Shown here piece after piece: positions 1 to 9,200 of a DNA stretch of 64,000 nt; the first letter of the stretch is position 1; each line of letters begins with the position of its first letter. A program made the translations under genes and the position numbers. The notes under the pieces were generated by a model. The model was not told where the DNA came from. It ran no database searches and worked only from the letters and a program-made list of their open reading frames with translations. This stretch comes from a virus. Location: the IMG/VR virus record IMGVR_UViG_3300032308_002578, positions 1 through 64,000 of that record. One strand, given 5' to 3'.

Positions 1-2
1 CC

Positions 3-710
3 GCTTCCGCGTGTTGCGTTTCTGGGGCCGAGTTGGCCGAACAACTGGGCGTGACCGCCCCAATCGCGTTTGATTTAGGGGCTAATTCAACGAAGCGCGC
101 GCAAGTTCAACTGGAAGCTTTAACTCAACTGGTACAGGCTGAGCAGGCGGGTACGCGGGATTGGCCGCGCGTGGCGTTATCGTCCGCCCCGGCAGTGCAA
201 CCCATTATTGATGTACACGGCTGCCCATCTGTTAAAATGTCGGAAGTGTTACGTGGACTGGCTGACGCTGGGGTCGTGTTACCACTACGCGACTTTTTGA
301 CGTTGACAGTTAAGGCGGCTGACGAGAGACTTATAAGTGCAGTGGCGAACGCGCTGCCCAACATCTTTTCGAAGATCGCGAATAGCACTGACGTCGTTTC
401 GTTACTGGAAAACAATGCTTATTACCCGGCGCCTGCGGCTTCAACCGCTACACGGGTATGGGCTGAAAAGGTAGCACATACACACAGCATACTTCCGGCG
501 CATGTTGAAAAGCGGGCGTATTTAGCGGCGCTTCGCAACGTAACACCGGAAGACGTTTCTTTTGAAAAACAAGCAGCCGGTAATGCAGAGATCGCACTTG
601 CACAACATTACGCGTTGTATAAGATTGCTGCCTTCGCCACTGTTTGTGAAAAATATGGAAACGACTTGTTGACAGCAAACCACTGCGTACTGCAAAATTA
701 TGTCACGTAA
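3..710 (+). CDS. 5'-truncated head-module protein (C-terminal part, possibly of the prohead protease)
   Basis: Frame is open from the window start through the 33..710 ORF; lies directly upstream of scaffold/decoration/capsid genes. Function is inferred from position only. Confidence 0.45.
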   Translation, partial: ASACCVSGAELAEQLGVTAPIAFDLGANSTKRAQVQLEALTQLVQAEQAGTRDWPRVALSSAPAVQPIIDVHGCPSVKMSEVLRGLADAGVVLPLRDFLTLTVKAADERLISAVANALPNIFSKIANSTDVVSLLENNAYYPAPAASTATRVWAEKVAHTHSILPAHVEKRAYLAALRNVTPEDVSFEKQAAGNAEIALAQHYALYKIAAFATVCEKYGNDLLTANHCVLQNYVT

Positions 711-756
711 ATGGAAGCTAATCGTCGCAAACGGTTAGACCCCAAAGGAGATAACA

Positions 757-2181
757 ATGGCACGGATGCAACGTTCACTTTTTGCCCAACTCAACGCACT
801 GGCCGAAGAAATTTCGCAGAGTGCCGTTAAGGTCGCTGCCGAGAAGGCTGCCGGCCCGACCCCTGCTGATCCCGGCACGTACGTCGGATCTTCTTCGCAC
901 CCCACCGCCAGCGTTGACAACAACGTGCAGAATGCGGAAGAGGGTGAGCGCGCTCGTGAATACGAAGCCGACATCAAGAAGCAGCAGGGCGCCCTCGCCG
1001 TCGACAACACTCCTGAACTTTCTCAGGAAGGTCGGCAGAATGAGGTGCAACTGAATATCGGCACCAGCGCCAAGGCGACCGGCGAAGACCCGTCGTCTGA
1101 GAAAGATTACAAGGGCACTAAGGACGACCCGGGCACATCGCATCCGGCGAAGACCAACGATGGCGAGAAGTACAGCAGCGTTTCCTTCAAGGAAGCCCGC
1201 GTAGCCGCCGCCAATCTTGGCAACGACATCCTTGCGAACCTTATCAACTTCGGCACCAGCCAGTTGACCAAGCAGTCTGAGATGCCGGCATTCCTCAAGG
1301 AGAAGATCGAAGGAAAAAAAGAGGAAGCCGGTGAGTCCAAGAAGCACGAGGCCGCTGAATCACCGGCTAAGGAAAAAGCCGAGCACTCTGGCGAGTTAAA
1401 GGGTAACCAGCACAAACTGGACGTCGACAACGACGGCAAGATTGAGGGCTCTGACCTCGCTGCTCTGCGTAACGGCAAGGCTGCCGCGTTTAAGGCTGGC
1501 TATGAACTGGCCGCGCATCTCGGCATGGACAAGGCTGCGGCTGAAGCATCTGTCCGCGAAGTGTGTGCAAACACGATTCGCGAGGCTGACGAAATGGCCG
1601 ACCTGCTCATCGGTTTCCTCTCCACCAAGGCTGCCGCCGCTGACCCGACTGAAGAGGCCGCGGAAGGTGAAGATCACTCCGGCGAGGGCGATGCTGAATC
1701 TGGCGCGTCTGCGGCGCCGGCTGGTCTTGAGTCCATGATGGCTGGCGGCGACGCTGGCGCTGAAATTGATCCGGCTATGGCCGGTGGTGAGATGGGCGGC
1801 GCGCCGTCGGAAGACGAAGCCGTTCAAGAACTCGCTATGGCCCTTGAAGAACTCGGCATTCCGCCGGAGGCTCTGCTGCAAGCCCTGCAGTCTGGTGGCG
1901 CCGGTGGTGATCCCGCCGCTGCCGCTGGCATGGACCCTGCCGCTGCTGGCATGGACCCTGCCGCTGCTGGCATGGACCCTGCCGCTATGGGTGCTGGCAT
2001 GCCGGCAGAAGCCCCCAAGATGGCTGCTGCGAATCTTGCCGACGATCTGAACGCGATTGGCCGCGCTGTTGTGAATTTCAAGCGGGCTGGCAAGTTTCAG
2101 ATTAAGGAAGCCCGTACGAAGCGTTCGCGCCAACTGCGGGACATGATGAAGCAGCACGTTCTTGAACTCGTCAACCGCTAA
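757..2181 (+). CDS. prohead scaffolding/core protein
   Basis: 474 aa, acidic, Ala/Gly-rich, low complexity; SD AAGGAG upstream; Dx[DN]xDG motif (LDVDNDGKIEGSDL); upstream of capsid genes. Confidence 0.6.
   Translation: MARMQRSLFAQLNALAEEISQSAVKVAAEKAAGPTPADPGTYVGSSSHPTASVDNNVQNAEEGERAREYEADIKKQQGALAVDNTPELSQEGRQNEVQLNIGTSAKATGEDPSSEKDYKGTKDDPGTSHPAKTNDGEKYSSVSFKEARVAAANLGNDILANLINFGTSQLTKQSEMPAFLKEKIEGKKEEAGESKKHEAAESPAKEKAEHSGELKGNQHKLDVDNDGKIEGSDLAALRNGKAAAFKAGYELAAHLGMDKAAAEASVREVCANTIREADEMADLLIGFLSTKAAAADPTEEAAEGEDHSGEGDAESGASAAPAGLESMMAGGDAGAEIDPAMAGGEMGGAPSEDEAVQELAMALEELGIPPEALLQALQSGGAGGDPAAAAGMDPAAAGMDPAAAGMDPAAMGAGMPAEAPKMAAANLADDLNAIGRAVVNFKRAGKFQIKEARTKRSRQLRDMMKQHVLELVNR
1924..1986 (+). 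repeat. 3x 21-bp in-frame tandem repeat (AGMDPAA)
   Basis: GCTGGCATGGACCCTGCCGCT repeated exactly three times. Confidence 0.95.
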
Positions 2182-2200
2182 AAACACACGGAGGTTTTTA

Positions 2201-2626
2201 ATGTCCACGTCTAACAACGCCCTTGTGCAGAAAATCATCGACTACATCGGTTATTCCGATGCCGCGATGACCAAGGCTGCTGCCGACCTCAAGGTCCGCG
2301 AAGAGCAGCAAGAGAAACTCGCCCGCCTGATTCCCGAAGCCGTTAAGGCTTGCGTGGAGAACGAGCGGATCGAGGCGCACCAGAAGGAGGCTCTCGATTC
2401 GGCCCTCCGAGATCCGGTGCGCGCTATGGAACTCGTAATCAAATTGGCCTCGCATAAAAACGCGGCTGAGATGGCTCGTTTGGGTACACCGGTCGCCACC
2501 AAGACGGCCGGCTATGACCCGACGAGCAGCCTGACGAGCGGGTACGTGGGAGCCCGCGACGGTCGACTCAAGGCTTCCGACGTGAAACTGTTCACGGGTC
2601 TTGGACTGAATCCGCCCACTGCCTAA
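2201..2626 (+). CDS. head-module hypothetical protein
   Basis: ATG at 2201 after SD GGAGG; helical; between scaffold and decoration genes. Confidence 0.7.
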   Translation: MSTSNNALVQKIIDYIGYSDAAMTKAAADLKVREEQQEKLARLIPEAVKACVENERIEAHQKEALDSALRDPVRAMELVIKLASHKNAAEMARLGTPVATKTAGYDPTSSLTSGYVGARDGRLKASDVKLFTGLGLNPPTA

Positions 2627-2687
2627 TCGTTTCCGACAAACAACCCGGGGATGTCCCCAACAGATTTAAAGACACGGAGGTCTAACA

Positions 2688-3236
2688 ATGCCTGCTCCCG
2701 ATCTTATGTTTGAACACGGCCTTGATGTTAAGAAGGGCTGGTTCGACATGGCGTCGCTCGATTACGACGCCAAACTTAATTCGAACGTTTCTTTCGACGT
2801 TCCGCGTGGTCGCGTTGTCCACGTTGACTCGAACGGCACGTTCACGCCCGGCGCTCACAACACCGGCGTTGCGATTTTCCTGCTGAACGGTTCGGCTGAC
2901 GCCGACGTCAGCAACCCCGGCACCACAGCCGCTGGCAACTTCATGCACAAGGCCATCGCGCCGAGTGGCAAGATGTCCGGCCTCGTGGCCACCGGTGGTT
3001 ACGAGATCTCGACTACCGAGTTTGATTCGGCGCGTACGTACGCTGCTGGTGACCTGCTCACAGCCGCTATCTCGACGTCGAACGCCACCACTGGCGGTGT
3101 CCTCACCAACAACGGTGTCGTGCAGTATGTCAACCCTGTCGTCGGCGTCGTGTCGAGCGGCAAGGCCAAGAACCACAACGGCGTCATGTCGCTGTCGTTC
3201 TGGTGCGTGTGGCTGCCCGGCGCGGCCGTTGGCTGA
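2688..3236 (+). CDS. capsid decoration/cement protein
   Basis: 182 aa, Gly/Thr/Val-rich beta protein directly upstream of the major capsid gene; strong SD. Confidence 0.6.
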   Translation: MPAPDLMFEHGLDVKKGWFDMASLDYDAKLNSNVSFDVPRGRVVHVDSNGTFTPGAHNTGVAIFLLNGSADADVSNPGTTAAGNFMHKAIAPSGKMSGLVATGGYEISTTEFDSARTYAAGDLLTAAISTSNATTGGVLTNNGVVQYVNPVVGVVSSGKAKNHNGVMSLSFWCVWLPGAAVG

Positions 3237-3273
3237 AACTAACTCTTAACTTTAGGACCACGGAGGTTCCAAA

Positions 3274-4200
3274 ATGCCCACTCAGCAAGAAATCCAGTTG
3301 CTCAATGAGACGCTCTTTGAGCAACTCGATACCCCCGGCATGCAGAAGCAAGCCATTGATGCAGTTAACGACTTCACGCGCACCAAGATGCGTGAAGACG
3401 GGTTCTATCGGCGGATCATGCCGCCGCTCACCATCACCAATGACGAACTCGACCGTCAGGTCGATACCGACAAGCCGGTGAAGGTGGTCGACAAGGAGCC
3501 CGATTCCCCGGCGGCTGTGTCGCTTCCGTTTGCGACACTCCCGATCAACTTCTACATCCGTGGCCCGCGCTACCGCGTCATGTTTGACCGGATCGTGTCG
3601 CCCCGCGCTGTGAAGGACGTCGACGAACTCCGGACGTATGTCATCGACATCCGTCAGGTGCTCAGCGACAACATGATCAAGGACATGCTCGCTGAGGAAG
3701 ACGGCAAGTTCATCACCGCCTTCAACGCCGTCCTCCCGACCCCGGGCGTGGCGAATGTTGCTTCGGGCGCTGTTCAGTACGAAGAGATTCACGGCGGTAT
3801 CACCCGTGAAACGCTTGTTGATGCCCTGAAGGTCATGCCCCGTACGCCCTCGCACTTCGAGGTCGAGACTTGCCTCGTGAATAACATCACGATCAAGGAA
3901 CTCCTCAAGTTCGGTCGCGACGAGATGGGTGGTGACTTCTCGCAAGACATCATCAAGAACGGTTGGGCGGAGACGAACTTCCTCAACTGCCGCTGGATCG
4001 TCACGATCAAGCGCGATCTCGTACCTGACGACAGCCTGTTCATGTTCGCCTCGCCGAAGTTCATTGGCAAGAACTATGAACTGGAGCCCACCACGATGTA
4101 CATCCGTCGTGAGGCTTACATGCTGGAGTACTTTGCGTATCAAACGGCTGGCGGCTCGTTCGGTCACACGAACGGTCTCGCCCGCGTTGACTTCAAGTAA
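3274..4200 (+). CDS. major capsid protein (HK97-like fold, inferred)
   Basis: 308 aa, strong SD, biased codon use, position in scaffold-decoration-capsid order; sequence pattern FTRTKMREDGFYRRIMPP...DIRQVLSDNMIKDMLAEEDGKF resembles large-phage capsid proteins. Confidence 0.75.
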   Translation: MPTQQEIQLLNETLFEQLDTPGMQKQAIDAVNDFTRTKMREDGFYRRIMPPLTITNDELDRQVDTDKPVKVVDKEPDSPAAVSLPFATLPINFYIRGPRYRVMFDRIVSPRAVKDVDELRTYVIDIRQVLSDNMIKDMLAEEDGKFITAFNAVLPTPGVANVASGAVQYEEIHGGITRETLVDALKVMPRTPSHFEVETCLVNNITIKELLKFGRDEMGGDFSQDIIKNGWAETNFLNCRWIVTIKRDLVPDDSLFMFASPKFIGKNYELEPTTMYIRREAYMLEYFAYQTAGGSFGHTNGLARVDFK

Positions 4201-4231
4201 TGCCGTGTAATCAACAACAAAGGAGCACTTT

Positions 4232-4615
4232 ATGGAAAACGTAAAAGAAGCGGCGGAACAAGCGTACGCCACTATTGTGACGGAACTTGCTGCCCCGCAC
4301 TTCTTTGAGAAGTTGTCCGCTGCCGGCATCCGGCCGCGGTCTGAGCAGGAGGCCGCTGAACTGTGGTCGGCTGGTCAGAAACTTCACGTGCTCTACACGG
4401 CAGAGCAGGAAAAAGCGGCGGCTGCGCAAGTGTCGGGTCTGTCGGCTGCTAACAAGCAGTTAGACGCCGCGCTTGCAGCCGCCGGGCTCGCCCCGGCTGA
4501 GAAGGTTGCGTCGTTTGACGCCACTGCCTCCGCCGCTGCCGAGCAGCCGGAAATCGCGAATGCTGTCCTGACTCTGCAAGCTGCCGTTGCGGCATCGCTG
4601 CAGAGCGCAACATGA
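4232..4615 (+). CDS. head-associated hypothetical protein (Ala-rich, K-x-A motifs)
   Basis: SD AAGGAG; 127 aa; follows the capsid gene. Confidence 0.7.
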   Translation: MENVKEAAEQAYATIVTELAAPHFFEKLSAAGIRPRSEQEAAELWSAGQKLHVLYTAEQEKAAAAQVSGLSAANKQLDAALAAAGLAPAEKVASFDATASAAAEQPEIANAVLTLQAAVAASLQSAT

Positions 4616-4630
4616 ACAATGGAGTGAACA

Positions 4631-4996
4631 ATGCCAAATACCACTACTGACCTGTATACAACGGTCAAAAACGTCTCCGGGAGCACTGCCGTATTCGGCT
4701 TTCTCGGTACCCACGGTAAGCGCCTCGCCAACAACGAGACCTATTCGGTCCCGGGCGATCTGGTTACCAAACTGGGTTCCAAGAGGTCGCAGCGGCAGTT
4801 CAAGGCGCTTGAAAATGCCTTGACCGAGGGCGTGCTGACAATTGTGAAGTCCCCCTCGGTGTACCTGTTGAGCGAAACTGGCAACGTGACGAGGGAACTC
4901 GGCATGGCTTCGACCAAAGAACTCGGCACTACGCAGCCGTCTTTTGTCGGCGGCGGCGACTTCACCGAAGGCGACCTTAACGCCAACGACGCCTGA
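4631..4996 (+). CDS. virion-module hypothetical protein
   Basis: SD GGAG; 121 aa; followed by a terminator. Confidence 0.7.
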   Translation: MPNTTTDLYTTVKNVSGSTAVFGFLGTHGKRLANNETYSVPGDLVTKLGSKRSQRQFKALENALTEGVLTIVKSPSVYLLSETGNVTRELGMASTKELGTTQPSFVGGGDFTEGDLNANDA

Positions 4997-5021
4997 TCGT
5001 TGTAATCTGATTCTTCTCTGT

Positions 5022-5059
5022 GAAAGGGCTGGCCGATTCTCGGCCAGCCCTTTCTATTT
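5022..5059 (+). terminator. intrinsic terminator ending the capsid operon
   Basis: Perfect 15-bp stem GAAAGGGCTGGCCGA / TCGGCCAGCCCTTTC followed by TATTT. Confidence 0.8.
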
Positions 5060-5094
5060 GTATACTTAGTGCGTAATTAACACCGGAGGCTCTC

Positions 5095-6105
5095 ATGGCA
5101 GTCATCGCTACACCGACCTCGCATCCGCTGGTTGTTTGCGACCCGAACATTTCCGCCGCCCCGACGAGTCTGACGACTGTGCCGTGCGCTGGCCAGAACG
5201 TCATTAGCGCCCCGGTATCGGCAACCAACAGTCAACCCATTCTGACGCGCATGCGAGCCGTACAGGTCACGCAGGGCCAGTGCGCGACGATTGAGTGGCA
5301 GTTGCACGACAAGGATGGCAACCCCGTCGACCTGACGCCGTGCGGGCTGGCCATCGAAAGCAGTGAGCCGCTGTTTAAAGTGACACTGCGACTGAAAGAA
5401 CAACTGGCGCTGGGAAATGCCCGACCCGTCCAATCGGTAGACGCTGTCATGGTGGACGCTGGTGCCGGGAAAGTTGCCGCCACGCTGACGCAAAACATGG
5501 TGAATACGCCGGGCGTGTACTACGGCGAAATGGCGCTGATTAGTATTCCGGCTGAGGCTGCGGATACGCCGTGCGTCGTCTTCTCGAATACTTTCTACAT
5601 CATCATTAATCGCAGCACGTTTGGTCCGGGCGGTGATATGGGCGGCCCACCGAGCGTCGCCGAGATCCGCCTGCATCTGCGCGATTCCAGCCCGGCCGAG
5701 AGTTATCTGCTGGAACACCTGATGTTCGATGACGCCGAGATCGCCTTGGCCATTGCTCGCCCCGTCATGTACTGGAACGAGATCCCGCCCCCGCTCGATA
5801 TGGTCTACAACACGCAAAACTTCCCTTTTCGCTACCACTGGTTGGAAGGTATTTGCGCCAATCTGTTCATGATGGTGGCCGAGCAGTTCCGCCGCAACCA
5901 ACTGAGTTATTCAGCGGCTGGCGTTAACATCGACGATCAGAATAAAGAAGGTAGTTACGAGCGCGCCGGCCAAGCACGGTGGCAGGCTTACCGGGAATGG
6001 GTGCGGGCAACCAAGGCCAGCATCAATCTCGAAAGTTGCTACGGCGAAGTGACCAGTGCCTACAAGTACAGCGCTTACACAGACGCCCTGCGCATCCGAT
6101 ATTAG
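5095..6105 (+). CDS. head-tail adaptor/neck protein with N-terminal beta domain
   Basis: SD GGAGG; C-terminal half (IRLHLRD...FDDAEIALAI...WNEIPP...NQLSYSAAGVNIDD) resembles adaptor/neck proteins; synteny. Confidence 0.55.
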   Translation: MAVIATPTSHPLVVCDPNISAAPTSLTTVPCAGQNVISAPVSATNSQPILTRMRAVQVTQGQCATIEWQLHDKDGNPVDLTPCGLAIESSEPLFKVTLRLKEQLALGNARPVQSVDAVMVDAGAGKVAATLTQNMVNTPGVYYGEMALISIPAEAADTPCVVFSNTFYIIINRSTFGPGGDMGGPPSVAEIRLHLRDSSPAESYLLEHLMFDDAEIALAIARPVMYWNEIPPPLDMVYNTQNFPFRYHWLEGICANLFMMVAEQFRRNQLSYSAAGVNIDDQNKEGSYERAGQARWQAYREWVRATKASINLESCYGEVTSAYKYSAYTDALRIRY

Positions 6106-6131
6106 CGCGTTCTGGAAAATGGAAAATTTGC

Positions 6132-6160
6132 CGCAAGTCCTGTGTTTGCAGTGACTTACG
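6132..6160. other. imperfect 29-bp palindrome (possible recombinase or protein-binding site)
   Basis: CGCAAGTC-CTGTGTTTGCAGT-GACTTACG in intergenic DNA. Confidence 0.35.
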
Positions 6161-6239
6161 TAGTTCGCGAATTGCGAACGCCGGTGTTACAAGATTGCCG
6201 CTCAAAAAATTAAGAGCATTGGTTCTGTAACGCTCGGCG

Positions 6240-6268
6240 CTAAATATTGCCAAAAATTACGGCATATT
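6240..6268 (+). promoter_or_regulatory. candidate phage promoter CTAAAT-N8-AAATYRCGGCATATT, copy 1
   Basis: Same bipartite motif with identical spacing at 48015-48043; both copies are intergenic and upstream of non-structural gene clusters. Confidence 0.55.
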
Positions 6269-6361
6269 CTCTGACGCGCCTTCTGCTATGGGCACGTTAA
6301 CCAATACACGCTGGGCACGCATGTACTGGTTTACGCTTCCGTGCCGTAGAGGTAACGCCTG

Positions 6362-6820
6362 ATGAAGGCTGTTAACGCTCAAACGCAGTTCCTGTTGGAG
6401 AAACTGCGCACCAGACAGAAGGAGGCGATCGCGGCAGGGAAACCTTTGCCGTCGCCGTATGCGGCCCTCGACAAGGGTCGCCGTATGCTAGGCCGCGAGT
6501 GGGACGAGCCCACCAAGCGGATGGCTATTGAGGCCCTCGCGATGTGGGTCGTGAGTCTCGTGGCTGGCATGCTGACTGAGACGATGAACGAGATCAGCGC
6601 AGTCGGGCGGTTCGCTGCCAACAGCGAGTCCGAAGAGGGCAAGGCGGCGGCGCACGAACTCGTCACCTCGATGGGGTTTATCGAGTCGGTGATGAAGCTG
6701 TTTGCGGAGTCAATCGACTTCGAATACGTCGCTGAGCAACTCTTCGCCGACGGCCAGAAGGCGGGCGAGAGCGAGACAACGTCCGCCTTCGAAAAGAAGT
6801 GCAAGCCTAGCGCGAATTAA
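6362..6820 (+). CDS. hypothetical helical protein
   Basis: SD GAGGT; 152 aa; first gene of the AAA/vWA island. Confidence 0.7.
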   Translation: MKAVNAQTQFLLEKLRTRQKEAIAAGKPLPSPYAALDKGRRMLGREWDEPTKRMAIEALAMWVVSLVAGMLTETMNEISAVGRFAANSESEEGKAAAHELVTSMGFIESVMKLFAESIDFEYVAEQLFADGQKAGESETTSAFEKKCKPSAN

Positions 6821-6875
6821 CTTTCTCGCGGGCGACCGGTGTTCTGGGTTTCATTACTTCTAGGAAGGAGTCGAT

Positions 6876-7700
6876 ATGACCGAGACGCTGCTGCCGGGTT
6901 ACCATGCCCGACGCGGTGAGACCCTCGCGGCCAAGTTCTTGGCTATGGTTACGAATACCGTGCGCGCCGTGCTGCTCGTCGGCGCGCCCGGTACTGGCAA
7001 AACGTTCTTCGCGGAATGTTTTGCCAAAGGCCGGCAGGCAGAGCACTTCTTTGTGCCCTGCCATCCATGGTTGACCAACGAGGAGGTCAATCAGGGCATC
7101 GACATCGGCAAGGTCGCTGTCGGTGTCTCACACGCCGACGAGGCGTACCTCGACGGGCAGGTGCTGAAGGCGATCAAAGCCACCAAGCACCGCGAAGTTG
7201 TCCTCGTGCTGGACGAGGTCGAGAAGGCTGGAACGCGGTTCTACGCCCTGATTCTCGATTTCTTGCAGCACGGTCGGGTGCCAGACGCCCGACACCATTT
7301 CCATCAGGCAAATCTCCATAACCTCTTTATCGTGCTCACCGCGAACGAAGAGGGCGAGATCCCTGAAGCCGTGAAGCGGCGCTGCTTCAGAGTGGAAATG
7401 GAATTCCTGCCGGAGAACGTCGAGACCGACGTGCTTCGGAAGTCGACGGGCGCCCCGGGCGGCGCGTGTCGGCTTGCGGTTCGTATGGCTAACGCCATTC
7501 GGACTCGCGGGGAGTCCAAGCCCAGCCTGCAGGAGTTGCGTGAACTCCTGCGGACACGCGATCTGGTGGAGTCTGCCGACGAGGCGGACGCCCTGATCGA
7601 CGGGTTCCTTGTAAAGGACCCGAAGGACCGCGAGGCGATCGTCCGCGTGACGGCGCGTCCCGGCGCCGTTCTCTTCGGTGAGTTCAAGAAGAGCGGCTGA
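6876..7700 (+). CDS. MoxR-like AAA+ ATPase
   Basis: Walker A GAPGTGKT, Walker B LVLDEVEK, sensor LTAN, arginine finger AVKRRC; SD AAGGAG. Confidence 0.9.
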   Translation: MTETLLPGYHARRGETLAAKFLAMVTNTVRAVLLVGAPGTGKTFFAECFAKGRQAEHFFVPCHPWLTNEEVNQGIDIGKVAVGVSHADEAYLDGQVLKAIKATKHREVVLVLDEVEKAGTRFYALILDFLQHGRVPDARHHFHQANLHNLFIVLTANEEGEIPEAVKRRCFRVEMEFLPENVETDVLRKSTGAPGGACRLAVRMANAIRTRGESKPSLQELRELLRTRDLVESADEADALIDGFLVKDPKDREAIVRVTARPGAVLFGEFKKSG

Positions 7701-7710
7701 TGTTGTTTAT

Positions 7711-7753
7711 GGGGGCACGACCTTGTGGCGGAGGTCGTGCCCCCTATTCCTTT
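7711..7753 (+). terminator. intergenic hairpin (attenuator or terminator-like) between AAA and vWA genes
   Basis: 13-bp stem GGGGGCACGACCT / AGGTCGTGCCCCC followed by TATTCCTTT. Confidence 0.55.
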
Positions 7754-7772
7754 CCGCCAGCAAGGAGTGAAC

Positions 7773-9200
7773 ATGGCCGTAACCTTACGGCAATTGCAGC
7801 GGTGGCTGCACGCGTCACGGCAGAACAGCCGCGACGCGTTCGGCTACGAAGACGCCACCGAAGTTGGCCAGTTCGCCGGCTGGCTGCGGGGTGACAAAGT
7901 CGCGTCAGCGATGGTGCGTAACGGCACCATCGTTACAACGTGCACGTGTTCGCGGTGTATCGACAGCGCACCGCTTGTCGACGCGCGGGTTGGTAACCTC
8001 GTCGATTCATTGGCGAAAAAACACGGCGCAAACACCACGCTGGAGGCCCTCATGCGTCAGTCTCCGCCTGAAGGGTTTGAAAACCCGGACGGCGAGAGCA
8101 ATGATGATGAGGACGAGGGCGAGGACGAAAGCGACGGTCAGTCCGGACAGGGCGATGGCGAAGACGCTGATAACGAGTCCGACAACGAAAATGAGTCAAA
8201 TGATGGGTCGGAGTCTGAGAGCCAGAGCCAGCCGCAGCCGGGCCAAGCGAAAGGGCAGGAATCCCCGCAGCAGGCCAAAAAGCGGCAAGAGCAGGCAGCG
8301 CTGCAGGAAACCAAACAGAAGTTGCAGGACCTTCAACAGCAGATGAAGGACCGGCCGCATTCTTCTGTCGTACGGCAGCAAATCAAACGGACCAAGCGGG
8401 CGCTCAAAGAAGCGCGCCGCGCGGCGTCGTTTGGACGGGGTGACGGCCCGTCGCTCGAAGCCCGTAAGCAGATTGCCGGTGCCCACGGCAGGCTGCAAAA
8501 AGTTTCGCCCGCACTCCGGGCGCAAATGGCGGCCCTGATTAACCTGCTGGTTGGTCAGGGCAAAGCGGCCGGCGGCCAGATGGGGCCAATCCCCGTTCTG
8601 AGCCCGAGGAAGTTGGTTACGCGGATGCTTGTCCAGCGTCCGCTCGCCAACGCCCTCAAAGAAGACGTCGTGACTGGCCGCCCAGTCACGTTATTCTTGC
8701 CGGACGTTTCGCCGTCCTGTGAACGCCAAGCACAGGCGGCCTGCGACGTAGCCAACGCCGCAGGGTATTCCGGTGTGGCCGGTTCTGACGTACTGGTCTT
8801 CCCGCACAGCAACGGCTTCATCGACGAGACCGATGACGCCTACGTGCCGTGGTTTAACGGGAAAGTCCACACGACAGATCGGGCCGCCATAACCCGCCTC
8901 TTTAATGAGGTGGTAACCGGAAAGGGCAAGTGGCGTGTAAGGGCCGTCGTGATTATCGGCGATCACGACGGCGTGGACCTCTACCGACAACTCGCGGCAC
9001 TCCCGCGAATTGCTCGGATGATCTGGCTCCACAACGAGCAGAGGGATTACTCCAAACGCACGTTGTCAATGGCCGAAGGCGCCGACCGCAGGCTTGACGG
9101 CTGGCTCCCGGAAAGTTTGCAGAAGGTCTCGATGGTGTATGGGTGCGTAACCCAACCCCATATGGTGCAGGGTCTGAAAATGGCTCTGCAGGATCAATAG
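7773..9200 (+). CDS. vWA (MIDAS) domain protein with acidic linker, partner of the AAA+ ATPase
   Basis: SD AAGGAG before ATG 7773; DxSxS motif (LFLPDVSPS) and later VIIGD; D/E/Q/S-rich linker; MoxR-vWA pairing is well known. Confidence 0.75.
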   Translation: MAVTLRQLQRWLHASRQNSRDAFGYEDATEVGQFAGWLRGDKVASAMVRNGTIVTTCTCSRCIDSAPLVDARVGNLVDSLAKKHGANTTLEALMRQSPPEGFENPDGESNDDEDEGEDESDGQSGQGDGEDADNESDNENESNDGSESESQSQPQPGQAKGQESPQQAKKRQEQAALQETKQKLQDLQQQMKDRPHSSVVRQQIKRTKRALKEARRAASFGRGDGPSLEARKQIAGAHGRLQKVSPALRAQMAALINLLVGQGKAAGGQMGPIPVLSPRKLVTRMLVQRPLANALKEDVVTGRPVTLFLPDVSPSCERQAQAACDVANAAGYSGVAGSDVLVFPHSNGFIDETDDAYVPWFNGKVHTTDRAAITRLFNEVVTGKGKWRVRAVVIIGDHDGVDLYRQLAALPRIARMIWLHNEQRDYSKRTLSMAEGADRRLDGWLPESLQKVSMVYGCVTQPHMVQGLKMALQDQ

